This document shows, in pieces, positions 63,707-64,000 of a DNA stretch of 64,000 nt. The translations under genes were made by a program, and so were the position numbers. The first letter of the stretch is position 1. The number at the start of each line of letters is the position of its first letter. The stretch is taken from NCBI GenBank assembly GCA_000092065.1, contig CP000597.1; one strand, given 5' to 3'. Origin of the DNA: Ostreococcus lucimarinus (lineage: Eukaryota). A model generated the notes under the pieces. That model was not told where the DNA came from. It was given only the letters and a program-made list of their open reading frames with translations, and ran no database searches.

Positions 63707-64000
63707 ATGCGCGACGTCGCGATGCGCCCGCGCGCGATCGCCAAGGCGGTCTCGCACGCGCTCGCGCACCCGACGCGCGAGTGCGCGGGCGCGCTGCTCG
63801 TCGACGCGCGCGCGATGGACGACGACGCGCGCGCGGTCGTCGACGCGCAACCGCTGTTCCACGGCGACCGCGCCGCGACGGCGTACGAGGAGATCGCGCT
63901 GGAACAGACGGCGCGGTGCGCGGCGACGCGCGGACGCGTCGTCGTCGGGACGTATCGCGCGCGCGCGCGACGAGGCGACAACGAGGACGCGACGACGAGC
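63707..64000 (+). CDS. EMC8: EMC8/EMC9 (UPF0172)-like protein, 5' partial (runs off the window)
   Basis: ATG at 63707 and open to the window end (98 codons), so absent from the ORF track. AIAKAVSHALAHPTRECAGALL, VVDAQPLFHG and VVVGTYRA parallel human EMC8 ([40 protein letters not shown]). Confidence 0.5.
   Translation, partial: MRDVAMRPRAIAKAVSHALAHPTRECAGALLVDARAMDDDARAVVDAQPLFHGDRAATAYEEIALEQTARCAATRGRVVVGTYRARARRGDNEDATTS

Overview
This window is compact, very GC-rich eukaryotic nuclear DNA, not prokaryotic. I count about 36 protein-coding genes. Ten head-to-head pairs have start codons only 63-329 bp apart, and 3' spacers are tiny. Four GT-AG introns share an ACTGAC branch motif. Several nuclear genes encode plastid-type products: a DiT dicarboxylate translocator, a lumenal pentapeptide-repeat protein, and organellar uL15 and uL22. 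This pattern fits a picoplanktonic green alga (Mamiellophyceae such as Micromonas or Ostreococcus), but that assignment is inference only.

All family calls come from motifs I recognised by eye in the translations; I ran no database search. The ORF track uses non-ATG starts and is full of spurious Arg/Ala-rich ORFs in CGCG-rich spacers, so I re-anchored starts on the first plausible ATG.

Main points of interest:
1. 13276-19374: a single 2,032-aa ORF fusing two rhodanese domains, a sulfotransferase-like domain, an NRPS-like A-T-R carboxylate reductase and a Zn alcohol dehydrogenase. I cannot match this architecture to any characterised enzyme. It may be a self-contained organosulfur or osmolyte alcohol pathway.
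2. 36951-47045: a 3,364-aa secreted or anchored protein with a PPC-like domain, about 6.3 kb of near-identical nested tandem repeats, and a bacterial/phage tail-fibre-like C-terminus.
3. 47164-52740: a four-domain voltage-gated cation channel with an apparent D/E/D/G selectivity filter, placed head-to-head with a calmodulin-like gene.
4. 9072-11618: a DNMT-fold protein lacking the catalytic Pro-Cys, fused to PWWP and Tudor-like reader domains.
5. 4956-6284: a 7-blade RCC1-like gene interrupted by an in-frame TAG at a conserved Gln.
6. About 31240-33050: a 1.8-kb ORF-poor island with coding-like GC content.

Smaller items are a perfect 107-bp tandem duplication over a gene's 3' end, short tandem arrays in spacers, and an intron built from three internal repeats.
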